Below, piece after piece: positions 15,200 through 23,486 of a stretch of 25,004 nt of DNA (the first letter of the stretch is position 1; each line of letters starts with the position of its first letter). The stretch lies in IMG/VR virus record IMGVR_UViG_3300020179_000166, positions 1 to 25,004 of that record; one strand, given 5' to 3'. Source of the DNA: a virus. Lineage: Duplodnaviria; Caudoviricetes. Made by a program: the position numbers and the translations under genes. The notes beneath the pieces were generated by a model. It made no database searches. It was not told where the DNA came from and saw only the letters and a program-made list of their open reading frames with translations.

Positions 15200-15487
15200 A
15201 TGACCATCGGACAGGACTTGAAGGACGCCGGCTGTGACCGGGTCCATGCCAACACCTCGGAGGCGTGGAAGGAGGCCTTCTTCACCCAGGCCGAGCAGAT
15301 GCTCGCCCGCAACGGCAGCTACACCGCGGAGGAGATCGTGCCTCTGGTGGGCCAGCCGCACCATCCCAACGCCATCGGCGCGGCCACCCGCGTGTTCGCC
15401 CGCGACCGCAATCTCATGCCAACATACGAACCCGCAAAGAACCCTGCGGCTCACGCCCGCATCATCACCCGCTGGCACTCCGTATGA
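15200..15487 (+). CDS. hypothetical phage protein (95 aa)
   Basis: MTIGQDLKDAG...PHHPNAIGA...AHARIITRW. This is the real part of track ORF 14825..15487. Confidence 0.75.
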   Translation: MTIGQDLKDAGCDRVHANTSEAWKEAFFTQAEQMLARNGSYTAEEIVPLVGQPHHPNAIGAATRVFARDRNLMPTYEPAKNPAAHARIITRWHSV

Positions 15488-15597
15488 ACATTCCTCCCGT
15501 ATTCTTCGTAGTGGCGATGTTACTTTCCGCACTGATCGGATTTGTGCTTGGCGTACTTGTACAGTCCAGGAATGGGCCAGACAGGGAGGACTGGTGA
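15484..15597 (+). CDS. small membrane protein (37 aa)
   Basis: Single hydrophobic helix, with overlaps at both ends. Confidence 0.6.
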   Translation: MNIPPVFFVVAMLLSALIGFVLGVLVQSRNGPDREDW

Positions 15598-15803
15598 TGA
15601 AGACCATCAACCGCATCCTCGGCTGGGCTGGTTACGCCGTGTTTCACCGCGACGAGCTTATCTTTGAGCGGCTCGTCACGACTCAGGACTGGATGGAGCG
15701 TGAGGCCGGCTACCGCCGCCGCATCGCATCCCTATCCGCCAATCTGAGCTATCACCGCCGGCAACTGGCGCTGGCCCGCAAAGCAGCAATCAAACCCGAA
15801 TAA
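15597..15803 (+). CDS. hypothetical protein (68 aa)
   Basis: GGAGG plus TGATG coupling. MKTINRILGW... Confidence 0.65.
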   Translation: MKTINRILGWAGYAVFHRDELIFERLVTTQDWMEREAGYRRRIASLSANLSYHRRQLALARKAAIKPE

Positions 15804-15805
15804 CA

Positions 15806-16111
15806 ATGCCATTCTCCATCTTCTCCAACGTAAAGTATGTCACGCCGCGCTATCTCCAGGAAGACCCGGAGTTGGAGCGCCAACTCAACGAGGCCAAGAC
15901 CAGCGATCAAGTTGAGCACGTTTTGTTTTTTAAGATTAGGCTGTTGGATGACGAACTGGATGCATTGGATGCGGTGCAATTCCGCTTGGTTAATCTGATG
16001 AGCAGGAAGCAGCTTGATGCTTACGACGAAATCGAGGCAGAACTCGGGCCGAAGGCGACGCTGAAGCAATGGAGCGCCGCCATCAAGAAATGGAAGGAGG
16101 CGCAGCCGTGA
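15806..16111 (+). CDS. hypothetical protein
   Basis: 101 aa, helical, packed in the operon. Confidence 0.7.
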   Translation: MPFSIFSNVKYVTPRYLQEDPELERQLNEAKTSDQVEHVLFFKIRLLDDELDALDAVQFRLVNLMSRKQLDAYDEIEAELGPKATLKQWSAAIKKWKEAQP

Positions 16112-16284
16112 GCGCATCCACCAACCGGGAGGACGTTTACCGCACCCAGACCGCCCGCTTCGCGGAATTAGAGGCTGAGAACGCCGCGCTGCGGAAGGCA
16201 CTGGAGGACATTTTGATGGAGACCGACGAGCAAGTGATCTACCAAGTGGCACGGGCTGCGCTGATCAGGGAGGAGCAGCCGTGA
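16108..16284 (+). CDS. hypothetical coiled-coil protein (58 aa)
   Basis: GGAGG plus GTGA overlap. AELEAENAALRKALEDI...ARAAL motif. Confidence 0.65.
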   Translation: MSASTNREDVYRTQTARFAELEAENAALRKALEDILMETDEQVIYQVARAALIREEQP

Positions 16285-16493
16285 GTTACCCAGCCCACCC
16301 TAAGAGTGCCCAGATCAAGCGAATGCTGATGGAGATGAAGCTCTACAAGCAGATCCAGTCTGAACTGCGCGTCCCCCTGGCCGCCATCAAATGGCACGTC
16401 AGCGACATGGGGATGCTCCGCATCCCGGTGACCCGTCAGGAGCGCCTCTGGCTGGCGGAGAGACGCGGCATCAACCCCAGGCTCGTACCATGA
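16281..16493 (+). CDS. 70-aa HTH-like protein, paralog A
   Basis: 25/70 ungapped identity with the next gene. Confidence 0.7.
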   Translation: MSYPAHPKSAQIKRMLMEMKLYKQIQSELRVPLAAIKWHVSDMGMLRIPVTRQERLWLAERRGINPRLVP

Positions 16494-16702
16494 GCCGCCC
16501 CGCCAACGCCTCCAGCCAGGCCGTGCGCCAGGCCCTGATGCTGATGCAGCCCATCAGCTTCATCCGGTTGAATCTGCGCGTGTCCTGCAAGACCATCGGC
16601 AACCAGGTCACCGCCCTGGGCCTCCAGCGGGTGTACCTCACCCGCAAGGAACGCCTGCTGATCGGCGGCCGCCGCAGGATGAAGCGTTCCCAAGTACCAT
16701 GA
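16490..16702 (+). CDS. 70-aa HTH-like protein, paralog B
   Basis: MSRPANASSQAVRQALM..., with ATGA overlaps. Confidence 0.7.
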   Translation: MSRPANASSQAVRQALMLMQPISFIRLNLRVSCKTIGNQVTALGLQRVYLTRKERLLIGGRRRMKRSQVP

Positions 16703-16914
16703 AAGTTACTTTGGAATTCACCCTGCCGGATGAGAACGCGGACCACCGCGCCGCCATCCACGCCCCCGCACTGGCTGCCACCGTATGGGACATCGACGCC
16801 CTGCTCAGGAACCTTCTGAAACACGGCGACAGCCGGTTCAAGACCCCGGACCAACTGGCTGAGTACATCCGCCGGGAGCACTTGTGCGACTGCCTCAACC
16901 GCCTCGACCAATGA
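16699..16914 (+). CDS. conserved small phage protein
   Basis: MKVTLEFTLPDE...WDIDALLRNLLKHG motif. Confidence 0.75.
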   Translation: MKVTLEFTLPDENADHRAAIHAPALAATVWDIDALLRNLLKHGDSRFKTPDQLAEYIRREHLCDCLNRLDQ

Positions 16915-17198
16915 TGGAAAGCACCAAAGACGCCGTTGCCGTATTGCGGATGATGGTCGCCCCGTTTGGGGCCAGGATTGAAGCCAAGGCCATCGTCTAT
17001 GCCATCGAGGAACTCACCCGGCGGGAAACCCTGCCCGCCGAGAACCGGGCCATCCGCGCCTCCCGTGACCGCTGGCGGGAGACCGCAGAGGCAATCGTGG
17101 AGGCCCTCGCCAACAAGGATGATGCCAAGCTGTCCAAAGCCCTCAAAACCTACAAAGCGATGCTAACCCTGCCCGCTGATGAAGCCAGACCTAGCTAA
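16911..17198 (+). CDS. hypothetical protein
   Basis: MMESTKDAVAVL..., ATGA overlap. Confidence 0.65.
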   Translation: MMESTKDAVAVLRMMVAPFGARIEAKAIVYAIEELTRRETLPAENRAIRASRDRWRETAEAIVEALANKDDAKLSKALKTYKAMLTLPADEARPS

Positions 17199-17361
17199 AT
17201 TACAGGCGGACAACGAGAAGCTACAGGCCAAGCTCGACCTGTGGATGCGGTGCGCCACCCGGCTGGCTCACGCCTACCGGAACAACTCAACCGCTGAGAG
17301 TACTCGCGCATTCGTTGAGTACGCTCGGCTGAAAGCAGCAGAGGAGGGCGTAAGTGAATGA
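17179..17361 (+). CDS. hypothetical protein (60 aa)
   Basis: Helical. Resembles the C-terminal half of the preceding gene. Confidence 0.6.
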   Translation: MKPDLAKLQADNEKLQAKLDLWMRCATRLAHAYRNNSTAESTRAFVEYARLKAAEEGVSE

Positions 17362-17765
17362 TCCGCATCTGTTTATTTGCCTGTGCCGTGTCCTTACTAG
17401 TTGCCTGCACGCCTGCCCCCGCCGCCGCCGGCATCCGGGTCGATCAGTTGATCGACTGCATCGGGATGGTGGAGGGGAACCCGTGGAGCCGCCCCGGAGG
17501 CCTTTACGGCTTCACCAAGGCCACTTGGAGCGATTATTCGGATTACCCCTACTCCTGGTCCCAAAAGCCGGAGATCGCCCGTAAAATCGCCCGCAGGGCC
17601 ATTTCTGACAGCATTGAGCGCCTGACTAGCGCCGGTATCCAGCCCACCCCCTACCTGATAGCCGTCCGGTGGCGGTGGGGTTATGCAGGGATGATGAAAC
17701 GTATGAACACTCAAGACGACTATGGACAAAGAGTTACCAATCTTTACCTCGACGCGATTCGCTGA
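17358..17765 (+). CDS. lysozyme-like (SLT/Rpf-type) protein with signal peptide/lipobox
   Basis: Hydrophobic N-terminus ending LLVAC. Helix ending in VEG, then GGLYGFTKATW, WRWG and a terminal DYGQRV. Confidence 0.6.
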   Translation: MIRICLFACAVSLLVACTPAPAAAGIRVDQLIDCIGMVEGNPWSRPGGLYGFTKATWSDYSDYPYSWSQKPEIARKIARRAISDSIERLTSAGIQPTPYLIAVRWRWGYAGMMKRMNTQDDYGQRVTNLYLDAIR

Positions 17766-18393
17766 TTGGGCGTTTGCGGCCTGCGCGGGGAAGGCCAAGA
17801 CCCTTGGCAGGAGGCTCAACAGGGAGGAATGGCTGGCAGCGGTGGATCAGGCCCATGCCGCCTGGGAGGCCCGGCCAAAGCCCGTCTCGCGGAAACGGCC
17901 CAAGGAGGCGGATCAGGATTGGATCGCGGAACTGGAGGCCAACGAGGCCTACCGGGGAATCGACATCAAACGGGAGCTTGGGAAGGCGCAGGCTTGGGCC
18001 TCGGTCAAGGGGGTGGGGGTGACCCGCCAGCGGTTCGTCAACTGGCTGAACAAGGTGGAGCGGCCGGTCTCGATCAACGGTGCGGGGCAGACCAGTTTCC
18101 CCAAGCCGGCCGCCCCCGTCTGGGAGCCTCCGGGCTGGCGGGAGTGGGTGACTGCCAACAGCAACGACCCGTCCTGGGCCAGCCGCCCGTGGTCTGCGCT
18201 CGACCCCGCCGCCCAGAAGTACATCCTCGGTAAACTCCATGCCCCGCAACTATCAGGCCAAAGTCCATTACCGCGTGAAGACGACCCCGGAGGCCGTCAA
18301 GGAGATGCGGCTCCTCTACTGGAAGGGCACGCCAATCAAGGAGATCGCGGCCAAGTTCGATCTCTCGCATCCGTACTGCTGGCAGGTCTGTAA
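17722..18393 (+). CDS. putative replication initiator-related protein
   Basis: AYRGIDIKRELGKAQAW...RFVNWLNK resembles the C-terminal helical domain of phage replication proteins. Confidence 0.5.
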   Translation: MDKELPIFTSTRFADWAFAACAGKAKTLGRRLNREEWLAAVDQAHAAWEARPKPVSRKRPKEADQDWIAELEANEAYRGIDIKRELGKAQAWASVKGVGVTRQRFVNWLNKVERPVSINGAGQTSFPKPAAPVWEPPGWREWVTANSNDPSWASRPWSALDPAAQKYILGKLHAPQLSGQSPLPREDDPGGRQGDAAPLLEGHANQGDRGQVRSLASVLLAGL

Positions 18394-18442
18394 TTTCTAC
18401 CGCCTACGCAAGGAACCGCCCCCGCCTTACATCCGCCTGTGA
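18239..18442 (+). CDS. small HTH DNA-binding protein
   Basis: TTPEAVKEMRLLYWKGTPIKEIAAKFDLSHPYCWQVC. Confidence 0.7.
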   Translation: MPRNYQAKVHYRVKTTPEAVKEMRLLYWKGTPIKEIAAKFDLSHPYCWQVCNFYRLRKEPPPPYIRL

Positions 18443-18810
18443 ATGAAGACCAAAGCCCCGAAGGTATCCAAGCCGTTCCGGCCGCCGCCCGGCGGGACGC
18501 GCCGCATCGTCCTCGCCGGCTATGTGACGCCCAGCCTCAACACGATGCTGGGACGGAACCATTGGATTCTCACCCGGCTGAAGATCGAGGCCAGACAGGC
18601 GCTCGCTATCGGCTTACGATCACCCGTTACGGGGCCAAACTCCTCGACATCGACAACGGGGTCGGGGGCTGCAAGCCCCTGATCGACGCCCTCCGCTACG
18701 AGGGTCTGATCCCAGAGGATGACCCTGGGACAATCGAACTCCTATTCCGTCAATACCAGGTCAAGAAAAGTTGCCGACGAACTGAAATCAGCATCACGCA
18801 GATATCATGA
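18439..18810 (+). CDS. RusA-like Holliday junction resolvase, catalytic C-terminal part
   Basis: RLTITRY...LLDIDN...KPLIDAL...GLIPEDD...RTEISIT. The first ~54 aa in this frame are not RusA-like. Confidence 0.75.
   Translation: MNEDQSPEGIQAVPAAARRDAPHRPRRLCDAQPQHDAGTEPLDSHPAEDRGQTGARYRLTITRYGAKLLDIDNGVGGCKPLIDALRYEGLIPEDDPGTIELLFRQYQVKKSCRRTEISITQIS
18443..18682 (+). CDS. overlapping ORF carrying the RusA-like N-terminal part
   Basis: RRIVLAGYVTPSLNTMLGRNHWILTRLKIEARQAL (PSLN...HW motif plus helix). Confidence 0.6.
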   Translation: MKTKAPKVSKPFRPPPGGTRRIVLAGYVTPSLNTMLGRNHWILTRLKIEARQALAIGLRSPVTGPNSSTSTTGSGAASP

Positions 18811-19436
18811 ACAGACTCGACTTCATCGAGATCGGAACCTCTGACTTCGATACCCTGTCGCATCACGCTGACGCCAATACCCACGGCATCGCTTTGGAGC
18901 CGCTGCCGTTTTACCTTGAAAGGCTGCCTAGGCATCCAAACGTCAAACGGATCGCCGCCGCCATTACCCCAGGGGATCAGCCCGGAAAGATGCCGATTTA
19001 CTGGGTCCACCCGGATGACCTGGTGAAGCATAATCTGCCCGATTGGCTACGGGGATGCAATCGGATCGGGGGCCTGCACCTGCAGCACATGGTGCCGCAC
19101 ATCTCCCCATACGTCCGCCGGACGGATGTCCAATGCATCTCGCTGGATTCGCTTTTGCGGGAAAATCAGGTGTCGGAAATCACGCTGCTCAAGCTCGACA
19201 CCGAAGGCATGGATTCCGACATCTTGCTGGATTTCGCACCTTGCCTGCGGCGCCCGCAGAATCCAGCCCCGATGCCCGATGTCATCCAGTTTGAAACCAA
19301 CTGCCTGACGCACCAGACGACCATCGACCAAGTCAGGGAGATCTACGGCAAACTGGGCTACAAGGCGCTGCGGCGCGGGGACGACACCCTGCTGATCCGC
19401 AGGTTTAGTGGACGATCCTGGGCAGATGGCCGCTGA
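18807..19436 (+). CDS. FkbM-family methyltransferase
   Basis: DFIEIGT, GIALEP, ITLLKLDTEGMD and IQFE motifs. Confidence 0.85.
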   Translation: MNRLDFIEIGTSDFDTLSHHADANTHGIALEPLPFYLERLPRHPNVKRIAAAITPGDQPGKMPIYWVHPDDLVKHNLPDWLRGCNRIGGLHLQHMVPHISPYVRRTDVQCISLDSLLRENQVSEITLLKLDTEGMDSDILLDFAPCLRRPQNPAPMPDVIQFETNCLTHQTTIDQVREIYGKLGYKALRRGDDTLLIRRFSGRSWADGR

Positions 19437-20718
19437 TACGGCCGATCCACTTCCTGCTCTTGCTGTGGGGCCAGAAGACCCATTTGTGCGGCATCTGGTC
19501 CGAAAAGAACCGCGTTACCAAAGGATAGGACACGTTTGGCTGCTGCAATGCGGTCAATAGGGCCTTCAAAGCATCATCCTTCAGATTTATGTTGTAGATG
19601 CTGGTGCCATCCGCCCGCTCATAGCCAACGTAGATGAAATCGTAGTCATCCAGCGTGAGTGTTCCGGGCATCAACTCGATGGTGTGCTCGTACATATGCA
19701 GGAGCAGCTTGTTCCACTCCTCATCGGGCATATTGCGGTCCCAGGAGGCCAGCGGCTCGCCCTTGTCAAGGCAGTTCTTGGTGATGCGTTTCTGGCGAAA
19801 ATCGATCCCGCAGAAGAGTTCAAAGTCACGCAAGGTGCGGGCCGTGCCGCGCCCGAATTTTCCCCACTCGATGTCCTCGTAGCGATACCCCGCGAAGGAA
19901 AAGAAGTGCTTGATGCGCTTGTAGCTTTCCTGGTTCAGCTTTTCCCAGGTGATCTTCTTCTGATCTCTCTCTTCCGGGTTGGGGACATGATCCTTCCAAT
20001 GTTTCGGGATTTCATGGCGGTAGTACTGGTGCCAGACCACAGGCTGGTGCGGATGGTAAATGTCATACCCATGCGAGAACGCCCGGAACGACATATTCAT
20101 CTCCTCGCCCTGGAAATAATACCCAGGGTCGTTTGGAACCTCACGCACGAATGATCCACGGGCAAAGGCGAAGCCGCCGGCAAAGAATCGACCTCGGATC
20201 GGTTTTGTCAGGCTGTTCCAGTGCTTGATCTGCGAGGAGCCGGTGAACCAGACGGACGATTCCGAAAAAACATGGAAGTCGATCTGAATGCCGCCATGCG
20301 CCCTCCCTGCCGGATCATTCTTGGGATCATACGACGGCGGGTATGATGTCAGGAGTGGTTTTTTGACTCCATCGGATTCCAAACCGATCAGCATGGCGAT
20401 GATCTTGGCGTCCCAATGCTCATCAAACCGATGATGACTGTCGATTTGCATATAGAACTCCTGATCCTCGTAGAGTTCGCTTGCGATCGCCCGCGCCCAG
20501 CAGGCGCCCTTGCTCTCATGGTAAGGCACGGCAATGAATCGCACCTGCGGGAGATGCGCGATCTGGGCGATGCTATCGCCTTCGGCATACTGCCAGCAGA
20601 TGCCAATCCTTAATTTGTCGGGATTCTTGGCTTTCGCCAGACAGTCCAGAACTGTCGGTACCAATTCGGGATCACGATAGGCCGCAATCTGAATAAACAC
20701 ACTGCCGTCGTTGTTCAT
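19405..20718 (-). CDS. GT60/Gnt1-like N-acetylglucosaminyltransferase
   Basis: VFIQIAAYRDPEL, SKGACWAR, MQIDSHHRF (DxH), FAGGFAF, YFQGEE, WHQYYR and GRGTARTLRDF motifs. ATG 20718. Confidence 0.85.
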   Translation of the reverse strand: MNNDGSVFIQIAAYRDPELVPTVLDCLAKAKNPDKLRIGICWQYAEGDSIAQIAHLPQVRFIAVPYHESKGACWARAIASELYEDQEFYMQIDSHHRFDEHWDAKIIAMLIGLESDGVKKPLLTSYPPSYDPKNDPAGRAHGGIQIDFHVFSESSVWFTGSSQIKHWNSLTKPIRGRFFAGGFAFARGSFVREVPNDPGYYFQGEEMNMSFRAFSHGYDIYHPHQPVVWHQYYRHEIPKHWKDHVPNPEERDQKKITWEKLNQESYKRIKHFFSFAGYRYEDIEWGKFGRGTARTLRDFELFCGIDFRQKRITKNCLDKGEPLASWDRNMPDEEWNKLLLHMYEHTIELMPGTLTLDDYDFIYVGYERADGTSIYNINLKDDALKALLTALQQPNVSYPLVTRFFSDQMPHKWVFWPHSKSRKWIGRISGHLPRIVH

Positions 20719-20757
20719 GGGTCGCAGCGCGACCGTCACAGAGCACCACCCAGGTTT

Positions 20758-20838
20758 TCAAGTCTTAATCCGCAGCCGATAGTGGTCTACCATGTCGCCG
20801 TGGGTGTCAGAAACGACGACAAAGCGTTCCCCGGTCAT
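20758..20838 (-). pseudogene. 26-codon stub of a calcineurin-like metallophosphoesterase
   Basis: MTGERFVVVSDTHGDMVDHYRLRIKT*. Motif I hhhhSDxHG, ATGA-coupled to the upstream gene, stops early. Confidence 0.55.
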
Positions 20839-21065
20839 CCTGATAGTTTGCTCTTCAGCCAACTGAAGATGACGCTGATGAACATCCAAATGCCGGTAAA
20901 TATGCCGGACCAGAGCAGCAGCTTGCGATCCGTTTCATGCGCCTGGGCCTCCACCGCCCGCAGCCGGTCGGCAATGCCGATATGGCCCATGGCCGGATCA
21001 CCGACGAGGGCTTTTTCAATGCGATTCAACGCCTCCTTGATGGAGGATAATTCCTCGTTGCTCAT
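20835..21065 (-). CDS. small coiled-coil plus C-terminal TM protein (holin/antiholin-like)
   Basis: 76 aa MSNEELSSIKEALNRIEKALVGD..., with one TM helix and a basic tail. Confidence 0.7.
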   Translation of the reverse strand: MSNEELSSIKEALNRIEKALVGDPAMGHIGIADRLRAVEAQAHETDRKLLLWSGIFTGIWMFISVIFSWLKSKLSG

Positions 21066-21502
21066 TTGGAAGTTTTGCCGTACCTGGCCCCGAAGAACCA
21101 GAAGATCATCGTCCAGCAGCCAAACTGGATCTCGCTTTGCATTGCCGCCTGCTGTTCCGGCTGGGCGGCGAAATAAACGCAGGCCACCAGAAGCACCCCG
21201 ATCCACGTCAGGGCCGGGCGGGTGAAGGCCCGCAGGGCATCCACGCCGACGTAGATGTTGGTCATCCAGGTACTGGTGCCGGCCGGGATCGAGGTCAGGC
21301 CCTGCCCGGCCTTCTGGCTCTCGGCAAAGGCCTTCCACGCCGCCTCCTTCTCTGCCGCCGCCATCTGGGCGTTCAGCAGCATGATCTGCACCTCGGCCTC
21401 CTTCCGCTTCCGGTAGGTCTCAAACCAAGAGGAGCCTAGGTGCAGCAACGAACCGACGACCCCGCCGCCGGCTGCATTGAACAGAATGTCCCAAACTGAC
21501 AT
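21062..21502 (-). CDS. holin, 3-TM GTA-holin-like
   Basis: N-terminal amphipathic helix, RAFTRPALTW and FWFFGAR motifs. Confidence 0.75.
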   Translation of the reverse strand: MSVWDILFNAAGGGVVGSLLHLGSSWFETYRKRKEAEVQIMLLNAQMAAAEKEAAWKAFAESQKAGQGLTSIPAGTSTWMTNIYVGVDALRAFTRPALTWIGVLLVACVYFAAQPEQQAAMQSEIQFGCWTMIFWFFGARYGKTSK

Positions 21503-21718
21503 TTATTCCTCGTTGTAGTCCATGCGGCTGATATCAACCACCTTGTAGCCCTTTTCCGAGAGCTTCATCTTCGAGTTGATGTTCTTGGCGTCGTACAACT
21601 TGCGGACGGGGCGCTGAACCCTGTCGGGGACGCCGTTGCCCATCCGGTCCTCTGCGGACGGGTTGCAGGCGCACGGGCTGTAGTTGGAGCGGGGCAATTT
21701 GCCGTTCTTGATTTTCAT
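21503..21718 (-). CDS. small basic hypothetical protein (71 aa)
   Basis: MKIKNGKLPRSNYSPCAC... fills the gap between neighbours exactly. Confidence 0.6.
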   Translation of the reverse strand: MKIKNGKLPRSNYSPCACNPSAEDRMGNGVPDRVQRPVRKLYDAKNINSKMKLSEKGYKVVDISRMDYNEE

Positions 21719-21728
21719 AGGGTGAATG

Positions 21729-23468
21729 TTAGCGGTAAGGCACTGGGCGCGGGGTCTGCTGGGGCTGCTGCGGCTGCTGGCGCGGGTACACGTTCTTGTA
21801 GAACTCCAGCACGCGGTTCTTCTGCGCCTCCTGCTGCTCCATCTCGGCTTGAGCGGCGGTGCGGGCGAACCGGCTGATGAAGTCAGGCATCGCGGCTGGG
21901 TCGGAGGCGGCAACCATCCTCTGGTACAAGTCGGATTTGAGCAGCGTGCGACCCGGCTCGGTCACGACATCCATGAACTGCCCTAGGCGCCCAGATGCCT
22001 CATTTGGCGTTTTTACCTGCAGCGTGGTCAATGACTTGAAGCGTGGGTCATTGGCGAAGCGGGCCAGCCTCTCCAGATCTCCAGTAAACGGCACCCCGCG
22101 CTCCTGGGCAGCGGCCAGTTTCTGGGGGTCTACAAATTCACCTGGGGTCAAAGAATCCTCAATTTCATTGATCATGCCAATCTTCCGACGCGCCTCCAAA
22201 AACCTATCGTGAAGGTCTTTGCGATCCATCGCAATCAGACCGGCTTCCAAGTCCTTCGCGTATTCATCACTCTTCTTCTGCCAATATTTGACCTTGTCCA
22301 GATCCTCACGAACTCCAGTTCGATCATACTGTTTATTCGCCAACTTTAGTTCATCCTTGGCCCGCAAAAACTTGTCCGCATCAGCCTTGGCCTTTACGGT
22401 AAGTTCAGAAGTCTTTGCGACGTAGGCCGGATCAGAACGGATGACCTCAAGCTCATGGGCGTTGGCGGCGGTAAGTTCTGTCTTTTTAAGTGCCTGCAGA
22501 TCGTCAGCGTGTTTGGCGGCAAGTTCATTGATTTCGCCAAAAAACTTGGATGCATCCTTGCTTGCCGCATCCAGTTGGGTGCTTAACTTGACGCCAATCT
22601 TAGGCTCAATGCCAACTTGGGCCGCAGCGATCCCAGTAAACAGTTCTTCATTCAGCCTGCGAATGTCAGCAATGGTGGCGTCTTTCCCAGCAAGAACTTC
22701 CAAGGCCGCATTGAGGCGGCTGGGATTACGCATTGAAGGCAGAATCTTCATACCCCTCTGCTGGAGCGCCTTCATTGCCAGATCATTGTGGTAATCGTGA
22801 ATGGCGCGACGTTCAGCAGCACTGGCGATCTTGCCGGGGTCAACTAGCTTACCAAGCGCAGTTGATAGCGTAGCCATACCCGCGAACATGGCCGCTTCCT
22901 CAGGCTCCAGCGGCTTGCCCTCCAGCAGACGTTGCAAGGCCAGACCACCGACATTGGCTACAACCTGTTTTCTGGCCTCACCTACAAGGCCCTTTAGTCC
23001 CATCTTGGGCAGGCCCGAGCCAGGCACCGCACCAGAGACGGCTGCACCGGCAACTTCTGGGCCGGAAATCGGCTGCTCAGGCATACGCATCATCTGGGCC
23101 AAAACATTGCCACCCGCGCCACCAATAGCGCCACCCACGGAAGCGCCGGGCGGACCAGCAGCGGCAAAGCCAGCAGCCTGTCCAACCGTGGTCAGGCCAC
23201 CTTCAACCAATGCAGGAGCCGCTTCCTTAGCCATTGTAGCGACGGATTCCCGCAAAGCTACCGGGTTAAGCGGGGCTACGCCACTGAACATGGCCCCGGA
23301 CTTTGCCGCTTCCAGCACCTTCTGTTCGCCCTGGGCGCGTTCCTCAAGGAAGGCACGGTCCGCCGCCATTAACTCAGCAATGTCCCGATCATTGGGCGGC
23401 TCCGGCTTATCCCAAACATAGGTACGGCCAGATGCCTCACTCGTCAGTTCAATAGGTTTGGTGGCCAT
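21729..23468 (-). CDS. probable internal virion / DNA ejection protein
   Basis: 579 aa, with a Gly/Ala-rich zipper (GASVGGAIGGAGG) and a long helical region, located late in the operon. Confidence 0.6.
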   Translation of the reverse strand: MATKPIELTSEASGRTYVWDKPEPPNDRDIAELMAADRAFLEERAQGEQKVLEAAKSGAMFSGVAPLNPVALRESVATMAKEAAPALVEGGLTTVGQAAGFAAAGPPGASVGGAIGGAGGNVLAQMMRMPEQPISGPEVAGAAVSGAVPGSGLPKMGLKGLVGEARKQVVANVGGLALQRLLEGKPLEPEEAAMFAGMATLSTALGKLVDPGKIASAAERRAIHDYHNDLAMKALQQRGMKILPSMRNPSRLNAALEVLAGKDATIADIRRLNEELFTGIAAAQVGIEPKIGVKLSTQLDAASKDASKFFGEINELAAKHADDLQALKKTELTAANAHELEVIRSDPAYVAKTSELTVKAKADADKFLRAKDELKLANKQYDRTGVREDLDKVKYWQKKSDEYAKDLEAGLIAMDRKDLHDRFLEARRKIGMINEIEDSLTPGEFVDPQKLAAAQERGVPFTGDLERLARFANDPRFKSLTTLQVKTPNEASGRLGQFMDVVTEPGRTLLKSDLYQRMVAASDPAAMPDFISRFARTAAQAEMEQQEAQKNRVLEFYKNVYPRQQPQQPQQTPRPVPYR

Positions 23469-23486
23469 TGCGTGATCCTTGAGTTG

